From Candidatus Bathyarchaeota archaeon (GTDB taxonomy: Archaea; Thermoproteota; Bathyarchaeia; Bathyarchaeales; Bathycorpusculaceae), in NCBI GenBank assembly GCA_963720565.1, contig CAVRFW010000003.1, positions 32,001 to 96,000 on the forward strand: a stretch of DNA of 64,000 bases, in the 5' to 3' direction. A program made the translations under genes and the position numbers. Below the pieces are notes generated by a model. It ran no database searches, was not told the DNA's origin, and was given only the letters and a program-made list of their open reading frames with translations. Every line of letters begins with the position of its first letter. The first letter of the stretch is position 1. Positions 52,356 to 61,755 of the stretch are shown piece by piece.

Positions 52356-53411
52356 TCACATCGGATGGAAGCCTGTACTTTTTATGCCTGTCGTTTCTTC
52401 TATTCCCATCATTATGTTTAGGCACTGGACGCCTTGTCCTGATGCGCCCTTAACCATGTTGTCAATGGCTGAGAACAGCAGAAGTCTGTTTGCGTGAGGA
52501 TCTATTTCAAAGCCAATGTCGCAGAAATTGGTGCCCAAGGTGATTTTCGGGTCAGGAAGCTGATATGTTCCTTTCAGGTATTTAACGAAGCGAATAAACG
52601 GCTCGTTTTCGTATTGTGACCGGAGTGTCTTCCATATATCTTTGGTTGCTAACGGTGCTTTTGGAAATACGTGAATAGTGGCTAATATGCCTCGAATCAT
52701 GTTGACTGCATGTGGCGTAAACGAAATTGTAACTGGTTCACTTGACAGGTTGTTGAGTTCTTGTTCTATTTCTGCTATGTGTCGATGTCCTGCAACTTTG
52801 TATGGTCTAACACCGCCAAACCGTTCTGGATGATGTGATGCAATCGTGGGTTTGCTGCCTGCTCCTGAAGAACCAACTTTCAAGTCAGCGATAATGTGAT
52901 TGTTCTCAACCAAACCAGCTCTCACGAAGGGGGCCAGTGCAAGTATAGTAGCAGTTGCCATGCACCCGGGACAAGCTACAAGTCGTGCTTTCTTTATCTC
53001 TTCACGGTGGAGTTCTGGCAAACCATATGCTGCTTCTTTAAGCAACTCTGGGTTCGTATGCGTCCATCCATACCATTTATCGTATGCGCCGGGTTCTTTC
53101 AGACGGAAGTCTGCACTCATGTCAATGACTTTTATTCCTGTCTCCAAGAGTCTCGGGACCAAATTCATTGATCCTCCGTGAGGTGTTGCCGTGAATACGA
53201 GGTCACAGTTGTTTTGGATTTCGGCAATGCTCAGGGGAACGAATTTTAGTTGGGTGATTCCGCGGAGATTCGGATGGACGTTAAAAACGTATTCTCCTGC
53301 GGTCTGACGTGATGTAACCATGGTCACCTCTACTTGCGGATGGAGTAACAACAGACGCAGGATTTCGCTTCCGACGTAACCTGTACCGCCGACGATTCCA
53401 ATTCTGAACAT
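52356..53411 (-). CDS. lysY: [LysW]-aminoadipyl/glutamyl-phosphate reductase
   Basis: GGTGYVG, SADFRL, ACPGC, GSSGAG, HRH, DNMVKGASGQ. Confidence 0.92.
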   Translation of the reverse strand: MFRIGIVGGTGYVGSEILRLLLLHPQVEVTMVTSRQTAGEYVFNVHPNLRGITQLKFVPLSIAEIQNNCDLVFTATPHGGSMNLVPRLLETGIKVIDMSADFRLKEPGAYDKWYGWTHTNPELLKEAAYGLPELHREEIKKARLVACPGCMATATILALAPFVRAGLVENNHIIADLKVGSSGAGSKPTIASHHPERFGGVRPYKVAGHRHIAEIEQELNNLSSEPVTISFTPHAVNMIRGILATIHVFPKAPLATKDIWKTLRSQYENEPFIRFVKYLKGTYQLPDPKITLGTNFCDIGFEIDPHANRLLLFSAIDNMVKGASGQGVQCLNIMMGIEETTGIKSTGFHPM

Positions 53412-53432
53412 TCTTTCACCTTATTACTTTGA

Positions 53433-54611
53433 TTAGACCAAGCTTTCGGCTCCTCTTAAGAGCGGAACAGCCAAGTTGATCCCTGCAATTAATCGGGTAT
53501 GTTCCCAGAACTCTGGGCAGGAATTTGCTTCGTGGAAGACTATGAACTGTTTGTCTTTTTCCACGCTTTCCTCGATTATGTTCTTAACGTTATTATAAGG
53601 TTCTGTACTCATGTAGTCGTGGAACGTAGCTTCCAACTCTTTGTTCCAGCTTTGAAAGTCGCTTAGTCGTTTTTCATCTGTTTTGACCTTTCTAGGTTTT
53701 TCAAATGCTATACTTGCCTTGTCAAGTTCTGATTTCAGATAATCATCATCCGCGATTCTGTCTTCACCAACATCAATCATTGCATCAAGGGCGAACAACC
53801 AGGCATCGTGTTCTTTGCCCATGGCATTGCCACATTTCACCGCTTTCTCCCTAACTTGAAGGGGCAATTTTGAGTCAAAAACTAGATTGCCTAAATAAGT
53901 GTTAGTTCGGAAATCTTTGAGACCAGCTCTCGCCAAAGCTACTGGATGGCAGACTGGTGCTTTTCCCTTTTCTTTGTAAACTATTATTCTCAAATCGTAA
54001 AACCATTTCTGTATGAGTTCTTGGGCTACAACGCCTATAGGATTTATGATTGACGGTTTTGTTTCTCGAATGTTGACGACAATTTCTTGACGGTTTTTGG
54101 CCAGCATTATCTGCTTTCCGTGGGTACCAGCATCAGGTTTGATTATTATGCCATCTCCAGGAGCGATTTCCTCTTGAAACAGGTCAGCTATATCTTCTTC
54201 GTTGCGGATTTCCTTTCCATTCTTTGTGATATCGACAGAGTCACAGGGAACAAAAACTGTTTTAGGGATGGGAATGTCATGCGTCCAGAAATGTAGCAGG
54301 GTTCTAAATTTGCTGTAGCAGATGAATTCGATTTGGCTGTTGTTTATGGTTTTTTTGCCGAGCATTTCCATAAGATATGCAGCCATTAGTCTACGATTTT
54401 TGCTCTGTGCCCGGTTCAAAACAACTGCTGTGTCTTTTATTGCATTGGTGTAATCTCTGCCTCTAGTTCTAGCTGTGAACCCTTTCTTGCTGATTGAGAA
54501 AGCGATTTTTCGGAATGGAATGAATTTTAGGTCTAGGCCAAGTTTTTCAGCAGTGAGTTTTATGCCCATTTCGTCCGTTTCTGAGCGTTCATAAAGGAGT
54601 GCAATGCTCAT
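53433..54611 (-). CDS. lysX: LysX/ArgX-like ATP-grasp LysW ligase, unusually long (392 aa)
   Basis: IPIPKT, IIKPDAGTHG, QELI, DLRI, FRTN, LD...EAN..PEF ATP-grasp motifs; located between lysW and lysY. Confidence 0.78.
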   Translation of the reverse strand: MSIALLYERSETDEMGIKLTAEKLGLDLKFIPFRKIAFSISKKGFTARTRGRDYTNAIKDTAVVLNRAQSKNRRLMAAYLMEMLGKKTINNSQIEFICYSKFRTLLHFWTHDIPIPKTVFVPCDSVDITKNGKEIRNEEDIADLFQEEIAPGDGIIIKPDAGTHGKQIMLAKNRQEIVVNIRETKPSIINPIGVVAQELIQKWFYDLRIIVYKEKGKAPVCHPVALARAGLKDFRTNTYLGNLVFDSKLPLQVREKAVKCGNAMGKEHDAWLFALDAMIDVGEDRIADDDYLKSELDKASIAFEKPRKVKTDEKRLSDFQSWNKELEATFHDYMSTEPYNNVKNIIEESVEKDKQFIVFHEANSCPEFWEHTRLIAGINLAVPLLRGAESLV

Positions 54612-54689
54612 CAGTTTCGTTCATCCTGCAAAAACTAAACTAAAGAAATTTGGCGGTGTTTTCATGATTACATAGAAGAAATTAGTGGG

Positions 54690-54911
54690 TTATTCGCCCC
54701 AGTCTTCTCCCTCTATGGTTAATTCTTGGAGATTAATGCATCCGCCGTTTACCTGCTTGACTTCGAGTTCGAGTCCGCAGCCTGGACAGCTTAGGATTTC
54801 TCCTTTTTCAGTGTCCACTGGCACGTCGAGTTCGGCGTCGCAGTCGGGACATTTAGCTTTGTTCGTTATCTTCACCTCTTGAGGTTCTACTGTTGCAGTC
54901 TGGTTAATCAT
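54690..54911 (-). CDS. lysW: Amino-group carrier protein LysW
   Basis: CPDC...CPGC Zn finger and C-terminal EDWGE. The start is uncertain (ATG 54911 or 54950). Confidence 0.93.
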   Translation of the reverse strand: MINQTATVEPQEVKITNKAKCPDCDAELDVPVDTEKGEILSCPGCGLELEVKQVNGGCINLQELTIEGEDWGE

Positions 54912-55021
54912 TTGATTACCACATTTTGTTGTTGGAAATGTCTCTTTCATTAAGTCGTCTTTCTTTTAAACATTGCGACTTGTATGTAACATCTAAGGCT
55001 GTTGTTGTTCCATTTAGAACA

Positions 55022-55124
55022 GAAATATCTCATCGACTCGCTGAGAGTCTCCGAAAACTAGTCCTTCAAAGAACAAGGAACAGCGGAAATCGTAATACCT
55101 ATCCAAGTCATTTTCCGAAATCGT
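55022..55124. promoter_or_regulatory. Candidate phased Lrp (LysM) operator boxes in the lysW-lysM divergent promoter
   Basis: GAAATCGT at 55086 and 55117 (31 bp apart); weaker GAAA elements at 55022 and 55053. Confidence 0.35.
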
Positions 55125-55163
55125 TAAATTTTTATCCAACCAAATGCAAGCGAGGAACCAAAT

Positions 55164-55574
55164 GTGGACAACACAGACAGACACATACTGCGAATACTGA
55201 AAGATGACGGACGAGCTGCCTATGGTTATATTGGCAGGAAAGTTGGGCTATCCGAAGGCGCCGTCAGGAAAAGAATCAAAACACTCGCTGATTCTGGTGT
55301 GATAAGGAAATTTACTGTAAAAGTCGGTGAAAGTGACGGAGCCGAGGCAATTACTTTGCTGGCGACTAATCCATCCTATCCGACCCAAGTGGTCTCCGAA
55401 AGAATAAGGGCTATTCGCAATGTGGAGACAACATATGAAGTTACGGGAGAATATGATATAGTGGCTGTGATTAGCGGCATGAATGTGACAGAAGTAAATG
55501 AGTGCATAGAGAAAATCCGTCGCGTTGAAGGGATAATGAAAACCAACACAATGATTGTCCTCCACAGCTGGTAG
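55164..55574 (+). CDS. lysM: Lrp/AsnC regulator LysM
   Basis: GLSEGAVRKRI HTH, YEVTGEYDI; divergent from lysW. Confidence 0.85.
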   Translation: MDNTDRHILRILKDDGRAAYGYIGRKVGLSEGAVRKRIKTLADSGVIRKFTVKVGESDGAEAITLLATNPSYPTQVVSERIRAIRNVETTYEVTGEYDIVAVISGMNVTEVNECIEKIRRVEGIMKTNTMIVLHSW

Positions 55575-55764
55575 ACAAAATTCTATTGGCAGACAACTTT
55601 CAAAAAAAGAGTGTGCCGATTCCCTTCATGAGTTAGCACAACATAGTCCCGGTAATAAACCACTGTGAGCGCAGTCAACCGTTTCCGATTCTTAATCGCC
55701 CTCCCCGACGCAACTGCTTTAAGACTTGAGTATGTAGTATTATAAACATACGAGGATGTAAGCT

Positions 55765-56454
55765 ATGTCAATAGAAAAAACCCCTGAGAAGAACTCGGTT
55801 TTCTTCGTGTGGTTTAACAATTATGCGGGAGTGCTCATTAAGACACAGTCAAAGACCCTTGTTATTGATCCAGTCGACGTTAAACCCCGCAGTTTTCCAA
55901 ACGTTGACGCAATACTGATTACACACGAGCACTACGATCATCTGGACCAACGCTTAGTAGCAAGTATCCAAAAGGCCACGAATTGCATAGTCATAGCGGA
56001 CCCAACCTCAACAAGAAGCATACACCATGCCATTCCGACAGACAAACTGAAGCGAATTCGCCCCGGAGAAGAAGTCGGAATTGGAGAAGTCTTAATTAAA
56101 GCAGAAAAGTGCAACCATCCCGCATCCTCTCCCGTAACCTACATACTTACAAGTGAAGATGGCGTGAAAATTTATCATACCGCCGACAGTCTCCCGTTCC
56201 CAGAGTTGGCTTTGATTGGGGAAAAAGAGAAATTCGATTTGGTCTTCTGTACTGTAGGCGTAGCTCCAAATTCTTCGCCTGAAACTGGATTTGAAATTGC
56301 GCGCCTGACTAAACCTCTAGTTGCCGTTCCATATCATACAAACTTGCCTGTTCATCAAAACAAGTTTGCTGAAATCTTGAAGAGAGATTTGCCGAGAACT
56401 ACCTGCTTGATTCCAGAACTGAACAAGATTTACCAAATCACTAAAAGGAAGTGA
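55765..56454 (+). CDS. Metallo-beta-lactamase-fold hydrolase
   Basis: IDP, THEHYDH, NH, YHTAD, VPYH. Confidence 0.88.
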   Translation: MSIEKTPEKNSVFFVWFNNYAGVLIKTQSKTLVIDPVDVKPRSFPNVDAILITHEHYDHLDQRLVASIQKATNCIVIADPTSTRSIHHAIPTDKLKRIRPGEEVGIGEVLIKAEKCNHPASSPVTYILTSEDGVKIYHTADSLPFPELALIGEKEKFDLVFCTVGVAPNSSPETGFEIARLTKPLVAVPYHTNLPVHQNKFAEILKRDLPRTTCLIPELNKIYQITKRK

Positions 56455-56460
56455 ATTTGA

Positions 56461-57084
56461 GTGGCGACAAAAACTGAAACAACAAAAAAAGTTGAAATAG
56501 CCAAAATTCTTCATAAAATTGATGCATTAAAATTCGGAGTTTTCAAACTTACTAGCGGAAGAGCCAGCCCTTACTATATAGATCTCCGTGTGGTCCCAAG
56601 TTTCCCAGATGCCTTCAGAAAAATCTGCGACTTCTATGCGGAACAAATAACTAACCAGGTCGGACTAAAGAACTTCGACCGTGTCGCAGGCGTTCCACTT
56701 GCAGGAATACCTTTCGCATCTCAAATAGCTTACAATTTAGGAAAACCTTTTCTCTATGTCCGAAAAGGCGTTAGACTTCACGGGAGAAAAAGACGTGTTG
56801 AAGGCATTCTCATTTCTGGAGACCGTGTACTACTTATCGACGACTTAGTAACAACTGGTTTAACCTTGAATAGAGCTGCAAAGGCCGTTAGAGCTGAAGG
56901 TGGTGTAGTCAGAGAAGCCGTAGCGCTTCTAGATAGAGAAGAAGGTGGAAGGGAAAAACTGGAAAAGAACGGTACAAATCTTCATGCACTGCTTAAGATG
57001 AGCGAAGTAGCTGTCACTTTGTTCGAAATAGGTGCGATTGATGAGGAAAGCCGAAAAACTATACTGAAACAGATAAAAAAATAG
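56461..57084 (+). CDS. pyrE: Orotate phosphoribosyltransferase
   Basis: FKLTSGRASPYYIDLR, YVRK, IDDLVTTG. Confidence 0.94.
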   Translation: MATKTETTKKVEIAKILHKIDALKFGVFKLTSGRASPYYIDLRVVPSFPDAFRKICDFYAEQITNQVGLKNFDRVAGVPLAGIPFASQIAYNLGKPFLYVRKGVRLHGRKRRVEGILISGDRVLLIDDLVTTGLTLNRAAKAVRAEGGVVREAVALLDREEGGREKLEKNGTNLHALLKMSEVAVTLFEIGAIDEESRKTILKQIKK

Positions 57085-57100
57085 CGGGAAGACTCAGTTG

Positions 57101-57661
57101 TCAGTCGTAGAATATTAAACTTTTCTCCTCCAATAACGTGTGGAGTTTTTCAACTGCATCGTAAACATCTTGTTCTCTCTTGGCTCCAGTGCAAACGAGT
57201 TTTCCGCTTGCAAACAGGAGTATCACCACTTTCGGAATCTCCATCCTGTAGATTAACCCTGGGAACTGTTCAGGTTCATACATCGTTCTTCCAAGAGTAT
57301 ATGCGGCCTTTTCCAAGTCTATCATTCCACCCAATCCCGCTGAAGCCACAATATTTTGTATTTTAAGCTCGGGTTTGCTGATGATAATTATTCCGCCCTT
57401 CTTCAATTCTTTAATCACTTTCATGACTGCCCGACGCGATTCTTTCTCTGACTTCGCGCCAGTACACACCATTTTTCCAGAATTAAAAATGAGAGTAGCC
57501 GTCTTGGGTCTCTTCAACCTGAAAACTAGCCCGGGAAACTGTTCAGGACGATATTCTACGCCTGGATATCCTTTTACAACAGCATTCAAGTCAACTTTCT
57601 GATTCAGCGTTGCAGAAGCAACGACGTTTTCGATGCTTATTACAGCTTTCACTTTCGGCAT
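57101..57661 (-). CDS. tbp: TATA-box-binding protein
   Basis: Two repeats: ENVVAS/QNIVAS, YRPEQFPGL/YEPEQFPGL, SGKMVCTGAK/SGKLVCTGAK. Confidence 0.97.
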   Translation of the reverse strand: MPKVKAVISIENVVASATLNQKVDLNAVVKGYPGVEYRPEQFPGLVFRLKRPKTATLIFNSGKMVCTGAKSEKESRRAVMKVIKELKKGGIIIISKPELKIQNIVASAGLGGMIDLEKAAYTLGRTMYEPEQFPGLIYRMEIPKVVILLFASGKLVCTGAKREQDVYDAVEKLHTLLEEKSLIFYD

Positions 57662-57729
57662 TGATTTCCCTTCTTGTTTGACCGAGCTTAAATACTTCTA
57701 TAAAAGAGAGAGTTACTCTATAAATAAAC

Positions 57730-58413
57730 CTATGGTTGAGGCTGAACTTCTTTTTCTTGCTCAGGTTTTTTTCCTCTGAATAGGGGCAAGATGAATTCAA
57801 TAATCACTAAGAGAACTATTAGCACTATAACCAAAGGCAACCCGAGCGAGTTTCGCATAAAAAGCACAACATGACCCAAATAGGGAATGCGCATAATCAC
57901 CTTGCCAACAACTTGGTTTGCAGAAACTTCTCCCCAGGGATCATATTCAGTTGAACTGATTGGGTTTGGCCACCTGTGAGTTGGATTTCCGTCACCCTTT
58001 GTGTAAAAAAATGTCGCTCCGTCAACAACTTCTTTGGATGCAATCCGGTGGACTATGAGTTCGTCTGGGTTGTTCGGTCTGTGGAAAACGATTATGTCGC
58101 TGTTCGGATAGTCAGAGTTGAGTTCATCAGGGTTAACACCCTTTACGATTATCAAATCTCCAACGTGAAGGGTTCGCTCGAAAATATCCGACAATCCATC
58201 GCACCCTCCGTCGTATGGAATACACATGCTTCCTGTTACAACCGCCAGCGCAGGATAAGACGTCCCGAGGGCTAATTGTGAACCATACCAAAACCCAAAA
58301 ACTAAGAGAACGATTAAGCCGATGACGACGATTGTTTGGAAATATTCGTTCTTCCAGAGTCTTTTGAGAGTTGCTGTCAAAGATGCGCCTTCTATTGATA
58401 TTGCTCTTGTCAT
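57730..58413 (-). CDS. Signal peptidase I (Sec11 type)
   Basis: VVTGSM, GDLI, IVHR, TKGDGN, IPYLG; TM helices at both ends. Confidence 0.9.
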   Translation of the reverse strand: MTRAISIEGASLTATLKRLWKNEYFQTIVVIGLIVLLVFGFWYGSQLALGTSYPALAVVTGSMCIPYDGGCDGLSDIFERTLHVGDLIIVKGVNPDELNSDYPNSDIIVFHRPNNPDELIVHRIASKEVVDGATFFYTKGDGNPTHRWPNPISSTEYDPWGEVSANQVVGKVIMRIPYLGHVVLFMRNSLGLPLVIVLIVLLVIIEFILPLFRGKKPEQEKEVQPQP

Positions 58414-58505
58414 TAAGTGGTTGATGTTTTAAAACTTAGTGCTTTGAAAAAAGGGAAAAATGAGGAAGTTAAAGAGTAATTCTTAACTCTTCACGATTGA
58501 CCGCT

Positions 58506-58676
58506 TTAGATCTTCTTTTTGCTGAGCACTTCGCGGAACGTGCCGTGACATTTAGGGCATTCGTAAAGCCCGATTTCCAATTGCATGCGTTTTCCTTGCT
58601 TGTCTGGACGGCCAGCCATTTTCCAGGTCTTCTTAGGCTTAGAAGCATCTGCTCCACATTTTGGGCATTTAGCCAT
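58506..58676 (-). CDS. Cren7-like chromatin protein with two CxxC motifs (56 aa)
   Basis: Manual translation: MAKCPKCGADASKPKKTWKMAGRPDKQGKRMQLEIGLYECPKCHGTFREVLSKKKI. GGAGG SD upstream; P-x-K-x-W...IGL-Y/F...FR pattern as in Cren7. Confidence 0.8.
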   Translation of the reverse strand: MAKCPKCGADASKPKKTWKMAGRPDKQGKRMQLEIGLYECPKCHGTFREVLSKKKI

Positions 58677-59145
58677 TTGTTTTTCCTCCGTAATGTTACG
58701 GGTTCATGTTTTCTCATGATGGCGGATAAATAACTTTCCATTGTGTTCGAATAGAAAACGTACATTCACGCCTCTAAATTAGACATTTTCTTGTTAAAAA
58801 CCATTGAACTCTTATCTAGACCGGTAGTGTCTTTTAGAAGAAAAGCCGAACATGTCCCTGCAAGTTTTTCGTGGCAAACACCATGGCTTCTTTTTTGTTC
58901 AAACAGCTCCGCAGAGATCAAAGCATTTTCTGCACTCTTGCAACCTGAGAATATCTGCAGAAAACAATTGACCTCCAGTTCCTCCCGTTTCTCATATGTA
59001 AGGCAGCAAATGAGGTGGCATAGTATTCTAAGGAATACCGAGGCAGAATTCCTTTCTAGTTCTCTAGAAGGCGGTTTGTTGTCTACATGGGGCTTCAATA
59101 GTCTTAAACGGTAACGTTTTATTGTGAGACAGCTGTGTTTCATCT

Positions 59146-59826
59146 GTGAGAACTTTTGATATAGGAAGAGAAGTACTCAAGATCGTAGCAATCATAACAA
59201 TGACCGTAGATCACATCGGCGCAATTCTATATCCAGACCTTTTCGTTCTTAGAGTTATTGGAAGAATTGCCTTTCCTCTGTTTGCTTACCTTATTACGTT
59301 GGGAATTGAAAGTACAGAGAAACCAAGAAGATACCTTATAACACTCTTTTCGTTTGCTCTGGTTTCCCAAATTCCATATTTTCTAGCTTTCGAAATGCAG
59401 CCATTTGAGCGACTAAACATTCTCTTCCCCCTGCTCCTGAGCGCTATTGCTCTTTACTACTTCAACAAAAAGCAAACGCCTGCTTTCGTTGTTATCCTTT
59501 TTTTGGCAGTCCTGTTTTCATTTCTCTTTAATATGGAAGGATCTTTCTACACAATATTTACTGTGTTATGTATGAAGCTTCTTAGACACAAGCTTGAACT
59601 TGGAATTATTGCACTTATCGCTTTGAACCTCTCAGTTACACCAACTACACAATTATTTTCGCTCCTTGCGCTGCCACTTATCCTTCTGCACGTTCAAAAC
59701 CATTTGAGGATGGAAATACTCATCTCGGAAAGCAGTTATCTTTACTTACTAAGAAAGTATGCTTTCTATCTTTACTATCCTTTGCATTTGACGTTGCTTT
59801 TCCTAGTAAATCTGTTCTTTTTCTGA
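59146..59826 (+). CDS. TraX family membrane protein (putative acyltransferase)
   Basis: LKIVAIITMTVDHIG, IGRIAFPLF, SQIP, NI, FYLYYPLHL. Confidence 0.85.
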   Translation: MRTFDIGREVLKIVAIITMTVDHIGAILYPDLFVLRVIGRIAFPLFAYLITLGIESTEKPRRYLITLFSFALVSQIPYFLAFEMQPFERLNILFPLLLSAIALYYFNKKQTPAFVVILFLAVLFSFLFNMEGSFYTIFTVLCMKLLRHKLELGIIALIALNLSVTPTTQLFSLLALPLILLHVQNHLRMEILISESSYLYLLRKYAFYLYYPLHLTLLFLVNLFFF

Positions 59827-59899
59827 CAAGATTCTCCAACTACCTTCTGAAAAGCGTTATTACCTTTTATGCTAACTATTGATAAGAGTCCTGTTGCTA

Positions 59900-61553
59900 A
59901 TGACCGCGGGGAACAAGCCATGGTTCAATGCATGGCCCGAAAACGTGCCGAAGAGCATCAAGCACTGCATTCTGCTGCATGATATTCTAGAGAGAGCGGC
60001 AAAACAATATCCCGAAAAGGCAAGTGTAGCCTTTTTCAACAGGGAGCTCACCTTCAGGGACTTGAACTTGCTTTCTGACGAATTTGCTGCAGCACTCGCA
60101 AGCGTCGATATTAGCAAAGGTGACATTGTCGCAGTTTTTCTTCCCAACATTCCGCAGTTTGTGATTGCCTATTTCGGAATTCTCAAAATGGGGGCTGTTG
60201 TAACAACTATCAGCCCGTTGAGCAAAGAAAGGGAAATCGAGCATCAGCTACTCGATTCTGGTGCAAAAACAATAGTCACTTTGGATTCGCTGCATCAACT
60301 CAATAAGAAAGTTTGGCGGAGAGCTAAACTAAGGACAGTCCTAATAACTGGTTTAGAAGACTACGCTTCTGAGACAACCCGTTCACCGAGCATAGTTAAA
60401 CAGGAACCAAAAACCTATTGCTTCAACGAAATGCTCAAAAAAAACAAGGGCGTCAAACCTCCGAAACTAATCATTAATCCGAGGAAGGATTTAGCAGCGC
60501 TTCAGTACACTGGCGGAACTACGGGAATAGCCAAAGGTGCTATGCTAACCCACGCAAACTTGGTTTCGAACGCTTTGGCTTTTGGCGCTTGGATAGAAGG
60601 CAAAACTGCAAGCGAAAGATTCCTAACTGCTCTGCCTTTGTTTCACATTTATGGGATGACCACAAGCATGAATGTACCAATCAGTTTGGCATCGAAGATG
60701 GTGTTGCTTCCCCGCTTCGATCCCCAAACGGCATTGGCAAGTATTCAACAGCACAAGATCACGGTATTCTGCGGTGTACCCACAATGTACTCGCAGCTTC
60801 TCGCTAACCCACACATTGGCCAGTACGACTTATCCAGTATCCGTGTGTGCATTTCAGGCGCATCGTCTTTGCCACCTCAGGTTCAGAGGCGGTTTATGGA
60901 AATAACTGGCGGCTTGCTCGCCGAAGGCTACGGCTTAACAGAAGCGTCACCAGTTACACACTGTAATCCAGTTGACAGAACTATGAAAACAGTTAGAATA
61001 GGATCAATCGGTTTACCATTGCCGGACACGGACGCCAGAATAGTCGATGTGGAAACAGGAAAAAGAACGCTTCTTCCAGGCTTAACAGGAGAACTTGCTG
61101 TCAAGGGTCCACAAGTAATGAAGGGCTATTGGAAAAACTCGGAAGAAACAACTCTCGTTCTCCGTGATGGATGGCTTTTAACCGGCGACATAGGAAAAAT
61201 GGACAAAGATGGATACTTCTATATCACAGACAGAAAGAAAGATTTGATTAAGTGCAAAGGCTATAGTGTATACCCCCGCGAAATAGAAGACGTGATTTAC
61301 GAGCATCCAGCAGTGAAACTTCGTCGCAGTTGTGGGAAAACCTGACCCCGAACAGGGAGAGATTTCCAAGGCTTTTATAACGCTGAAAGATGGTGCAAAA
61401 GCCACAGCCTCGGAAATATTAGAGTTCATCAAAGAGAGAGTTGCCCCATACAAAGCAGTCCATGAAGTAGAATTTAGAAAAGAATTGCCTCTAAGCTCTG
61501 CTGGAAAAGTACTACGACGAATACTTCAGGAAGAAGAGAAAGAACAGAACTAG
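59900..61553 (+). CDS. Long-chain fatty-acid--CoA ligase (frameshifted near 61322)
   Basis: YTGGTTGIAKG, EGYGLTE, TGD, DRKKD and YPREIE; the C-terminal domain (VG.PD..GE, LPLSSAGK) is in ORF 61332-61553. Confidence 0.9.
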
Positions 61554-61755
61554 CTATCACACCTATAGAGCATTACCTAATGACTTGTCTTCAATTCTTC
61601 ATCTTTCTTGTTGTCGACACTTCTAATTCACGTTTTGTGAAATGAGCTGAGAAGACCATGGAGACACCGGAAACGACTGCTGGTTTCAAGGCTGTAGTTT
61701 CAATTAGAAAAATATAAGAGAACTGCTCCGTCTCTGTCTCAGAGAAGGCTTTGTC

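Noticed and set aside
58469..59143. ORFs 58469-58765, 58497-58733, 58766-59143 and 58791-59114
   Set aside because: No motifs; the first two are alternative frames over the Cren7-like gene, and the others look like intergenic noise.
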